Source: a virus
Lineage: Duplodnaviria > Caudoviricetes
Length of the DNA: 64,000 nucleotides
Strand: one strand, 5' to 3'
Virus record (IMG/VR): IMGVR_UViG_3300031992_000033
Location: 1-64,000 of that record
Below, piece after piece: positions 28,358 to 35,534 of the stretch (position 1 is its first letter; every line of letters starts with the position of its first letter). A program made the translations under genes and the position numbers. The notes beneath the pieces are model-generated. The model made no database searches, was not told where the DNA came from, and worked only from the letters and a program-made list of their open reading frames with translations.

Positions 28358-28477
28358 TTATTCCTTTAGAGGCTTTCAATAAAAGCATCAAAGGATTCTT
28401 TAGTCCAGCAAGGATCAACATCTGCTATTCTGTTAATTCCAGTTAATCATAACGCATCTCCTTAATTTAATCTTAAA

Positions 28478-28549
28478 TAACTGGTAGGGGAATCGAACCC
28501 CTGTTATCGCCGTGAAGGGGCGATGTCTTAGCCGCTTGACCAACCAGTC
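28478..28549 (-). tRNA. tRNA-Glu(TTC) with C at position 33
   Basis: GACTGGT/ACCAGTT; TCGCC-CC TTC AC-GGCGA. Confidence 0.88.
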
Positions 28550-28554
28550 GGAAA

Positions 28555-28633
28555 AGGACACTTTGTGGATTTGAACCACGTAATCTGATTTACAGTCAAA
28601 TGTTAACCAAAATTGATTTGCTGTGAGCGTCCC
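28555..28633 (-). ncRNA. ACAGCAA-motif RNA carrying a Tyr(GUA) anticodon arm and a T arm
   Basis: GGGACGCTC-ACAGCAA...TTTGA-CT GTA AA-TCAGA..GTGG-TTCAAAT-CCAC..AGTGTCCT. Confidence 0.8.
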
Positions 28634-28776
28634 AAGTGTTGTAAACTAGTATATACTCGCGAGATTACCTAGAAGCGTTCCGCCAATTCTTTGCATCATT
28701 GACAACGTGCTCAACGTATAGTCTATTCTGCTACCTGACTACTAGGGATAGGCTTCACCGCGCCTATAGACGGGCG

Positions 28777-28849
28777 AGCCGCCGAAGGGAATCGAACCCC
28801 TAACCCACTGATTACAAATCAGTTACTCTGCCAATTGAGCCACGGCGGC
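28777..28849 (-). tRNA. tRNA-Thr(TGT)
   Basis: GCCGCCG/CGGCGGC; ACTGA-TT TGT AA-TCAGT. Confidence 0.95.
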
Positions 28850-28959
28850 TGAGACATATTTTCAAAGGCGACTTCACGCTAATCGCCTACGGCACATCCA
28901 AGTTTTAGCCTGACGTTTCCGTCACTGGGAAACTTTACATTTGCTCTCATAACCTTGCA

Positions 28960-29032
28960 CTCCTCGAGTAGGACTCGAACCTACGACCTATTGGTTAACA
29001 GCCAACCGCTCTACCGACTGAGCCATCGAGGA
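28960..29032 (-). tRNA. tRNA-Asn(GTT)
   Basis: TCCTCGA/TCGAGGA; GTTGG-CT GTT AA-CCAAT. Confidence 0.95.
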
Positions 29033-29039
29033 TCATTAT

Positions 29040-29075
29040 AAAAGTTAATAGGGGCATTGTAAAAATACCCCTATT
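29040..29075 (-). terminator. Terminator-like hairpin after the DUF2828 gene
   Basis: Minus strand AATAGGGGTATT...AATGCCCCTATT then AACTTTT. Confidence 0.6.
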
Positions 29076-29085
29076 TGTTTTTGAA

Positions 29086-30564
29086 TTACGCTATGGTGAT
29101 GGGAAGATACCTCTCAGAATTGAGTGTCTTAAGCATTGCCTCTACGGGAGTCATGTTGAGACAGTCAATCAAATTCTTGAAGGTAGATGTGGAATGACCT
29201 GAAACAAGTTGTACGCCCTTCCTGTTGCTGTCTGAATGGAAAACATCGTGTCTGCTGTTTACATTCCAGAATACTACATTAGGGATCTCATATCCATGTG
29301 ATGCAAACAAAGCCTTTACCTCGTCATAGAAGAGCCAATCTCTATTGGAGCACTGATTAATCTCCATGTCAGTAATAACCGTAATGGCTACAGGCATTTC
29401 CTCAGAAGGGATATTGTACTTGATGGCAATGTCAAGCACTTTTTCAAATGCTTTATAAAGATCGGTGGAAAAGCCCCAATTCGACTCTGATATATCGTAT
29501 ATCTTTTGCGCGAGAGTTTCTCCCTCAATATTTATAAGGGTTGGATTGTCACTAAAGGTCATAAAGAGATTATGAAATGCTCCCTTGTTTCTTTCTGCAA
29601 AATACATTGCAAGACCAATAGAACTTGCCATAGGTCTACCCATCATAGATCCAGACACATCCGCCATAACAAGGACGTTACCGCTCTCAACATAGTTAGG
29701 AAGTTGTCTCCACTGTGCCTCGAGTACGTCAGCGTCAGAAGGATTAAGATTAATGCTATATCCATTAAAATATTTCTCGACGATATCATAAGGATACAGT
29801 GTTGCACTATTAATCTTCTCCTCGCCCTTAAGAGCGCTCTGTACATAATCGCTAAAGCGCTCACCATCATGACGTGCAAACGCGCTTCTGTAGATCATCA
29901 TAGCCCTACTGGGAACTTCCGAGTACTTAATCTTATCCCACTGATTGGTAGACATATAACTCTCTACAATGTTAATGCGTCTGCGCATATTTCTAAGAAT
30001 ACGCTTAAACACCTTGACCTTATAGCCAAGTTTAATCGCGGTGAGAATACCAAGTTTGCGGGTCTTTGCAGAAGATGCATCAGGAGTCTTGATCCACTTT
30101 GCAAGCAAGGAAATGGCGTTGCCATCTTCGAGATTTGCAAGATCCTCTTCGAACTGTGTCTTCATTGCCGCCCACATCTTATCCTCAAGGGGAGTGCCGA
30201 CGAAGCAATAGAGATCATCGTATCTTCCGTATACACCAATAAGATCCATGTTGTTGATGATTGCTTCGGGATGATAGGTGGCAGCATATGCCAAGAGGTG
30301 ACGAACCACATCTCTTTCTCCAAGTCCACCCCTTACGTCTCTTGCGTAGAAAATAGTCTTTACGGCAAGAAGAGGGTTCTCTTTATATGCCTCAGAGAAC
30401 AGAATTTCTGCTCTGGTATAATCGATGCGATCCTCGTTACGAAGCGCACCAATTACGGAATAAAAATTGAGGCAAGCATCGCCAGTTGACTTAATTGCGT
30501 ATGCGCCATTTTCGGTACGTGTGCCATTCTCTTCTCTCTTCATTGCTTCTGCAAAACTATTCAT
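29086..30564 (-). CDS. DUF2828-family protein (helical domain + vWA; TROVE/Ro60-like architecture)
   Basis: TENGA..STG, RDVRGGLGER, YGRYDDL, SLLAKW, VPSRAM, KINSATLYPYDIV, MIDAS DVSGSM, TFS, TDME, VFWN; AAGGAG RBS before MNSF. Confidence 0.85.
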   Translation of the reverse strand: MNSFAEAMKREENGTRTENGAYAIKSTGDACLNFYSVIGALRNEDRIDYTRAEILFSEAYKENPLLAVKTIFYARDVRGGLGERDVVRHLLAYAATYHPEAIINNMDLIGVYGRYDDLYCFVGTPLEDKMWAAMKTQFEEDLANLEDGNAISLLAKWIKTPDASSAKTRKLGILTAIKLGYKVKVFKRILRNMRRRINIVESYMSTNQWDKIKYSEVPSRAMMIYRSAFARHDGERFSDYVQSALKGEEKINSATLYPYDIVEKYFNGYSINLNPSDADVLEAQWRQLPNYVESGNVLVMADVSGSMMGRPMASSIGLAMYFAERNKGAFHNLFMTFSDNPTLINIEGETLAQKIYDISESNWGFSTDLYKAFEKVLDIAIKYNIPSEEMPVAITVITDMEINQCSNRDWLFYDEVKALFASHGYEIPNVVFWNVNSRHDVFHSDSNRKGVQLVSGHSTSTFKNLIDCLNMTPVEAMLKTLNSERYLPITIA

Positions 30565-30590
30565 CTCTTTTCTCCTTTTCTTCATTAAAC

Positions 30591-30654
30591 ATGACTCATT
30601 TTTTCTCGTTACTATATGCGATAGAGTTTATTTTAACGTTGCTGTATGAGTCAC
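30591..30654 (-). ncRNA. ACAGCAA-motif RNA, adjacent to the DUF2828 start
   Basis: GTGACTCAT-ACAGCAA-CGTTA..CTAT/ATAG..TAACG..ATGAGTCAT. Confidence 0.75.
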
Positions 30655-30661
30655 AAGTTAC

Positions 30662-30740
30662 ATGATACCTTACATTCAATGGCAAAAAGTGTTTAAAATA
30701 ACTATTTGTTCAGATAGGATGTGTTTGCTGTAAGTATCAC
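30662..30740 (-). ncRNA. ACAGCAA-motif RNA
   Basis: GTGATACTT-ACAGCAA..CTAT-CTGAACAA-ATAG..AGGTATCAT. Confidence 0.75.
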
Positions 30741-30744
30741 TAAA

Positions 30745-30860
30745 TGGGAAGGGCGGGACTCGAACCCACAACCCACGGATTACCAGTCAATGTTTTCTGC
30801 TGTTTATATCCCCGTCAGGACATCTTTTTTACGTCGCTCTACCTTTTGAGCTACCTTCCC
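30745..30860 (-). ncRNA. tRNA-Thr(GGT)-like chimera with a permuted ACAGCAG module in the anticodon stem
   Basis: GGGAAGG/CCTTCCC acceptor, canonical D and T arms, ACG[43-nt insert]GA-CT GGT AA-TCCGT. Confidence 0.8.
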
Positions 30861-30863
30861 CAA

Positions 30864-30937
30864 CGACCCAAGGGAGACTTGAACTCCCGACCTCTTGCGT
30901 GACAGGCAAGCGTTCTAACCAACTGAACTATTGAGCC
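30864..30937 (-). tRNA. tRNA-Asp(GTC)
   Basis: GGCTCAA/TTGGGTC; CTTGC-CT GTC AC-GCAAG. Confidence 0.95.
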
Positions 30938-30943
30938 ACTTTT

Positions 30944-31004
30944 ATGACGCGTATAGGGTGTATAATTAACAGTTATATCCTCGAATAATTGCTGTATGCG
31001 TCAC
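30944..31004 (-). ncRNA. ACAGCAA-motif RNA carrying an Asn(GUU) anticodon stem-loop
   Basis: GTGACGCAT-ACAGCAA..TATAA-CT GTT AA-TTATA..ACGCGTCAT. Confidence 0.8.
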
Positions 31005-31015
31005 ATTCTTTTTAT

Positions 31016-31044
31016 ATTATATCATATTGTTTTCACTTTGTCAA
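31016..31044 (-). promoter_or_regulatory. sigmaA-type promoter of the ACAGCAA-RNA/DUF2828 unit
   Basis: TTGACA-17-TATAAT with TG extension; predicted start ~31009, just before the first motif RNA. Confidence 0.85.
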
Positions 31045-31052
31045 GTGGAAAA

Positions 31053-31127
31053 TTGCAGAGACGGGATTTGAACCCGTGATCTTCAGGATATGAGCCTGAC
31101 GAGATAACCAACCTTCTCTACTCTGCG
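31053..31127 (-). tRNA. Initiator tRNA-fMet(CAT)
   Basis: C1:A72 mismatch (CGCAGAG/CTCTGCA); TCAGG-CT CAT AT-CCTGA. Confidence 0.9.
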
Positions 31128-31167
31128 TCGTGCAAGCAACACATTCGTATTGCTTGACTATGTAAAT

Positions 31168-31196
31168 ATTATATCACATTTGCATCTAAATGTCAA
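31168..31196 (-). promoter_or_regulatory. sigmaA-type promoter at the head of the tRNA array
   Basis: TTGACA-17-TATAAT with TG extension; -35 lies within the gmk 3' end. Confidence 0.85.
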
Positions 31197-31746
31197 GTAC
31201 TATGTTGTTAAATTTTTCTTTTAATTCATTTATAGTGCCGACATTTCTAATTACGTAATCGCAATGGGTATTGATTTTATCGGGTGAAAACTTTATGTTA
31301 TCGTCCTTCAATCTTCTGCGCCACTCGGTTTCATCAAAAGAACCACGAGACATAGCCCACGCTGTTCTTTGTAAGTTGCTTACTTTTATATATACAACAC
31401 GGACTTGATCTCCATAAATTTCTTTAAATGCCGCAGCGCCTTGCAAGTCCAGAATTACTATATAGTTTTTGTCTGGATCAAGATCCTGTTTTTCCATTCC
31501 ATAAAACCAAGTGTCAGGAACATTGTTTACAAGTGTGTTGTACGTGCGGTATTCAATAAATTTATTGTCTCTAAGTTTCTCTTCGAACTCTTCTTTAGAA
31601 ATGAAGTAATACTCTCTACCATTTTCTTCCCCCACCCTCATTGGACGAGAAGTGGTGGAAATCAATGGTGTATATCCGTCCTTAACGAGTTCTTTAAAGA
31701 GGCTGTCTTTACCGCTTGCTGATTTACCACAAATTACAATTATCAT
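31186..31746 (-). CDS. gmk: Guanylate kinase-like nucleotide kinase
   Basis: GKSASGKD P-loop, TTSRPMRVGEENGREYYF, FIEY, WFYG. Confidence 0.9.
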   Translation of the reverse strand: MIIVICGKSASGKDSLFKELVKDGYTPLISTTSRPMRVGEENGREYYFISKEEFEEKLRDNKFIEYRTYNTLVNNVPDTWFYGMEKQDLDPDKNYIVILDLQGAAAFKEIYGDQVRVVYIKVSNLQRTAWAMSRGSFDETEWRRRLKDDNIKFSPDKINTHCDYVIRNVGTINELKEKFNNIVLDI

Positions 31747-31769
31747 TATATATCCATCTCCTCTTTTTG

Positions 31770-31970
31770 TCAACCCTTATTTCGATGATTAAATCTAATG
31801 GAGGTTACTGCGTAGTCTACACGCTTAATTGCGTTAACCCTGTTGCTTATTTGTTTATTCTGTTCTAGGTAACTATTATACTGTCTACATCCACAATGAC
31901 ATCCACATCTTCTTTTGGTGCAACCTTGACAAGGAGATTTGCTGGTAGATAAACCATCACTCACTCTCAT
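31770..31970 (-). CDS. Small Cys-rich protein
   Basis: PCQGCTKR..GCH..C..Y motif; GAGGT RBS. Confidence 0.6.
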   Translation of the reverse strand: MRVSDGLSTSKSPCQGCTKRRCGCHCGCRQYNSYLEQNKQISNRVNAIKRVDYAVTSIRFNHRNKG

Positions 31971-31978
31971 ATGTTACC

Positions 31979-33049
31979 TCAGAATAGCGAATCGTCGTCA
32001 TTGTCGTCCGACTTTACAAACGTAGAACAATAGTCCTTATAATATGGACACTTAGAACTATGACCGCATAATGCAGAACAGAAATAACTATCATTCTTTA
32101 TGTCTTTGGGTGGATAATTCTTTTCGTCTTGACCACGATCCTTGTAAGACTTAATCTGTTTGTCCACATATTCTAGTGTCTCATCAATAACACATTGATT
32201 ATAATCATAGTAACGGACATACTGCTTAACTTCAAACTGGTCTCTTAGTTCCGCTGGAAGTCCAGCAAGTGAGTTTTCTTGCACAGCCTGATCAACTAAT
32301 AGGTCTAATTCAATCTCGTCGATATTGACCGCCTGAGGAGGATCTAGAAGGTATGGGCGTATTTGTGATACATAATTACGCCACTCACAAATTTTTTCCT
32401 TGGTCTTTCCATTCTTCTGTTTCCAACTTACCACGCAGTACTTAAGCATAACCCATGCTAACTTATTGATCTTGTATCCCTCTTGCTCTTTGGCTTTAGC
32501 ATAAAGAACCAACTGTCTTCCCGCCTCAATAAGATGATCCCCTTTGAATTGACTACTCGTTTTCCAGTCGAATATACTGATGACCTTATTTTCTTCATCA
32601 TCGATTCTTGTTAAATCAATATACCCCTGTACATAATCATCATCCGAAACCTTATAGATAACTAACCGCTCTGTTTCAAATTTTCCATCAGGCACTTGAA
32701 AGTTCTGACAGAAATTTGTCATATTCTTTATCCAGTTATCACGAATTGATGTGCCGCCATTGCGATCCTTGGGAAAATCAAGTCCTATTATATCTAAGTC
32801 TTCAATACTGTTGTTTAGATTTTTTATAAGCACATCTGTTGGCGTACTATTATCTATGATATCCTGTAAGGTATCATGCATAACAGATCCAAGAGCAGCC
32901 CATATATTATCCTCGCCTCTGTCTTTAAGGACATATGTTATATACGCTGAGTAAGGACACTGGTCAAGAGTGTTAAGTCTAGAGATCGAGTAGATATTCT
33001 TTCCTTGCTCTCTTAATTCAGTCAACCTTGCGTCTTCTATTCGTTCCAT
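31979..33049 (-). CDS. PD-(D/E)XK exonuclease (RecB/AddB/Cas4-like)
   Basis: SISRL...CP, GSVMH, ETER, GYIDL, FDWKTS, QLVLY, C-terminal C..LC...C. Confidence 0.85.
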   Translation of the reverse strand: MERIEDARLTELREQGKNIYSISRLNTLDQCPYSAYITYVLKDRGEDNIWAALGSVMHDTLQDIIDNSTPTDVLIKNLNNSIEDLDIIGLDFPKDRNGGTSIRDNWIKNMTNFCQNFQVPDGKFETERLVIYKVSDDDYVQGYIDLTRIDDEENKVISIFDWKTSSQFKGDHLIEAGRQLVLYAKAKEQEGYKINKLAWVMLKYCVVSWKQKNGKTKEKICEWRNYVSQIRPYLLDPPQAVNIDEIELDLLVDQAVQENSLAGLPAELRDQFEVKQYVRYYDYNQCVIDETLEYVDKQIKSYKDRGQDEKNYPPKDIKNDSYFCSALCGHSSKCPYYKDYCSTFVKSDDNDDDSLF

Positions 33050-33332
33050 TACTCCTCTCCTTTTTAGTTATACTTATAGGAAATCCTGTATTTGGATTTC
33101 TGTATACGATATATTTATCGGTATCATATCCTTCGTATCTAAGTTTGCGCAACATTACGCCAGAAGTAATGCCACATATATCACCAAAAAAATCATCTGA
33201 TAAAACATCTTCTTCAATCTCGATCATTGCGTTAATATTATTTCTTTCTACGGCAAACTGATAGTCTGCCGCAATTTGTTTTAAATATCCAATTATTAAA
33301 TTGCAATAACCGATATCACATATGTTTCCCAT
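33018..33332 (-). CDS. Hypothetical protein
   Basis: AAGGAGG RBS before MGNICD. Confidence 0.55.
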   Translation of the reverse strand: MGNICDIGYCNLIIGYLKQIAADYQFAVERNNINAMIEIEEDVLSDDFFGDICGITSGVMLRKLRYEGYDTDKYIVYRNPNTGFPISITKKERSNGTNRRRKVD

Positions 33333-33343
33333 TTTTCCTCCTT

Positions 33344-34369
33344 TCACTGCAATTTTATTAAACAGTTTTTTGACATCTGTTCAAATACGTATCGTCCGTG
33401 ATCGGAGGGACTATCTTTAGAGCCATGATTTAGATAATAGCCATCTTTGTCAAAAATATAAAACACATTATTCTTCATAATATGATTATCTACTATTAAC
33501 TTTTCGGCGTCATATCTGATGGAATCTTCATCAATCCCCTCATCATAGGCTAACACAATATTCTTAGCACCAAAACTTTTAATATAGTGCGCTTGCGTAC
33601 TGCTTATGCAATGTCCACCAACAGCAACTGCGGTAGGACATCCAAAACTATACATCTGCTGTACGGACTTCTCTGCCTCTAAAACTACCAGAGTGTTTTT
33701 GTTTACTATTGAGTGGTAGTTGATATGATATCCATACACTATACTTGTTTTAGGATAAGGAAGTGAAGCATAAAAGCGTTCGTCTTTAGGACATAGCGGA
33801 TCATTACTCCTATTCTTACATCCTATTAACATCCCTGAATAATCATATATTGGAGTGGCAATTGAATTGTTTTCAAGATCCATGCGCACTCCAAATAATT
33901 CTTGTGTTTGAAAATCTACACCATCTTCAAAATACTTTTGAGACAAAGCATCGGGTGGTGGCAAAGCAGACTCTGGATAATATGTAAAATTGGGTGTGTA
34001 ATTACCCAGCATATCCTTTTTCACTTGCTTATAGAATCCACCAAAAGGAAGTTCTATCTTTATATTTTCGTCGTATCCACACCAATACGCTATCTTTTTA
34101 ATTGCTGAAGGAAACGAGCAGTTGGTTTCATCCATTACAAGCGTGAAGATATTTCCTGAATTGTTGCGTGTCATCATCTTGTAATTAAGACTATCTAACC
34201 ATACCAACAATCCGTTTTTATTGTCGCCACCTTTACGACACATCGATAGATAATTCTGGGTAGGATGATATTTAATAGTGTCCGTATCTATGCCTATGTT
34301 CTCAAGAATTTTAACCACTTCATCTTCTTTATCTCGAAGAAATTCCTTAAGATTTGCAGCATCGATCAA
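33344..34369 (-). CDS. DNA primase (TOPRIM)
   Basis: PIYDYSG.LIG.K.R, VLEAEKSV, LAYDEG, KDSPSD; lies downstream of DnaB. Confidence 0.8.
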   Translation of the reverse strand: MIDAANLKEFLRDKEDEVVKILENIGIDTDTIKYHPTQNYLSMCRKGGDNKNGLLVWLDSLNYKMMTRNNSGNIFTLVMDETNCSFPSAIKKIAYWCGYDENIKIELPFGGFYKQVKKDMLGNYTPNFTYYPESALPPPDALSQKYFEDGVDFQTQELFGVRMDLENNSIATPIYDYSGMLIGCKNRSNDPLCPKDERFYASLPYPKTSIVYGYHINYHSIVNKNTLVVLEAEKSVQQMYSFGCPTAVAVGGHCISSTQAHYIKSFGAKNIVLAYDEGIDEDSIRYDAEKLIVDNHIMKNNVFYIFDKDGYYLNHGSKDSPSDHGRYVFEQMSKNCLIKLQ

Positions 34370-35484
34370 CCTTCATCACCCCTTAATTCGATGTAAAATT
34401 TGAGTGTTTGGAGTAAATAATCCATATCCTCTTTTGTTGTAGTGTTACCTATTGAGATACGTATCGAGGATTCTGCTTGCTCTTCAGTTAAACCTATAGC
34501 CGTAAGGACATGTGATGGCTTGTCGCTGTGTGTATTACATGCACTACCAGATGAAACATATATATCATTTTGCGATAAAAATTCTACGAGTTCTTCGCCT
34601 CTGATATTCATAAAACAGATGCTGAGATTTCCGTCGTAGTGATTTGTTTCACCATTGTTTATAGAATAAATTATATTACTATTGGCAAGTTGCGCAACAA
34701 AATATCTGTTGATTTCTGAGATATGTTTGCTGTTTTCCTTAATGTGTTCTATTGCTTCTTTAAGTGCCGCCGCCATTGCCATAATACCACACACATTCTC
34801 AGTGCCTGATCTAAATTCGTTTTCCTGTCCGCCACCAAGCGTAAGAGGTGGAACGTGAAAACCCTTTCTTATATAGATAAAACCAACGCCTTTGGGCGCA
34901 CCAAACTTATGTCCGCTCGCAGTAAGCATGTCAACACCAAGTGCGTGACAATCTATGGGAATATGCCCCACCGCCTGAGTGGCATCTGTATGCGTGACAC
35001 CCTTATGTTTTCTGACTATCTTGACAATGTCAGCAACTGGCTGAATGTAACCAATCTCATTATTAAGCAACATAATTGAAACTAGATCGTTTGTGTCCAG
35101 TGCACACCTAAGGTCGTTCATATCTATGCCGCCATCATATCCAACCTTAACTATGTAATTGTTGTCAGGATATAATGAAGTTAGATTAAGAACTGAATGA
35201 TGTTCAGTTTCAGCAGTAATAAATCTACCTCTTACTATCTTCATGCCGCCCTGAATAGCAATGTTGTTACCCTCAGTAGCGCCACTAGTAAAATAAATCT
35301 CCTCAGGATCAGCGCCAATGCAACGCGCAATATCTGCGCGTGCATTTTCAATCGCCACCCTAACTTCTCTAGCGCCAAGATAAGCCGCCGAAGGATTATA
35401 GTATTCGTCCATATAGAAATTTACTGCATCTTTTGCCGCCTGTACTACGGGCGTAGTTGCCGCATAATCAAGATATACTCTCAT
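34366..35484 (-). CDS. iscS: Cysteine desulfurase (IscS/NifS family)
   Basis: YLDYAATTP, FTSGATEGNN, NNEIG, HTDATQ, SGHKFGAPKG (PLP Lys), SSGSAC (catalytic Cys). Confidence 0.95.
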   Translation of the reverse strand: MRVYLDYAATTPVVQAAKDAVNFYMDEYYNPSAAYLGAREVRVAIENARADIARCIGADPEEIYFTSGATEGNNIAIQGGMKIVRGRFITAETEHHSVLNLTSLYPDNNYIVKVGYDGGIDMNDLRCALDTNDLVSIMLLNNEIGYIQPVADIVKIVRKHKGVTHTDATQAVGHIPIDCHALGVDMLTASGHKFGAPKGVGFIYIRKGFHVPPLTLGGGQENEFRSGTENVCGIMAMAAALKEAIEHIKENSKHISEINRYFVAQLANSNIIYSINNGETNHYDGNLSICFMNIRGEELVEFLSQNDIYVSSGSACNTHSDKPSHVLTAIGLTEEQAESSIRISIGNTTTKEDMDYLLQTLKFYIELRGDEG

Positions 35485-35505
35485 ATCAGAATCCTTTCGT
35501 TTAAT

Positions 35506-35534
35506 ATTATATCACACATTTGTATTTTTGTCAA
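35506..35534 (-). promoter_or_regulatory. sigmaA-type promoter of iscS
   Basis: TTGACA-17-TATAAT with TG extension. Confidence 0.85.

Noticed and set aside
25883-28446. + strand ORFs overlapping the tRNA array (25883, 26257, 28104, 28210)
   Set aside because: Antisense translations of tRNA/ncRNA sequence
28358-28463. Short minus-strand reading frame after an AAGGAG RBS
   Set aside because: Interrupted by stop codons within a few codons; at most a decayed gene fragment
29506-30489. 327-aa + strand ORF
   Set aside because: Antisense shadow of the DUF2828 gene; no RBS or recognisable motifs
30591-31004. ACAGCAA repeats as a CRISPR array
   Set aside because: Copies are not identical direct repeats, spacing is irregular, stems co-vary, tRNAs are interleaved and no cas operon is present
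31979-33049. Cas4 as part of a CRISPR-Cas system
   Set aside because: A stand-alone PD-(D/E)XK nuclease in a replication module is common in phages; no cas1/cas2 or array
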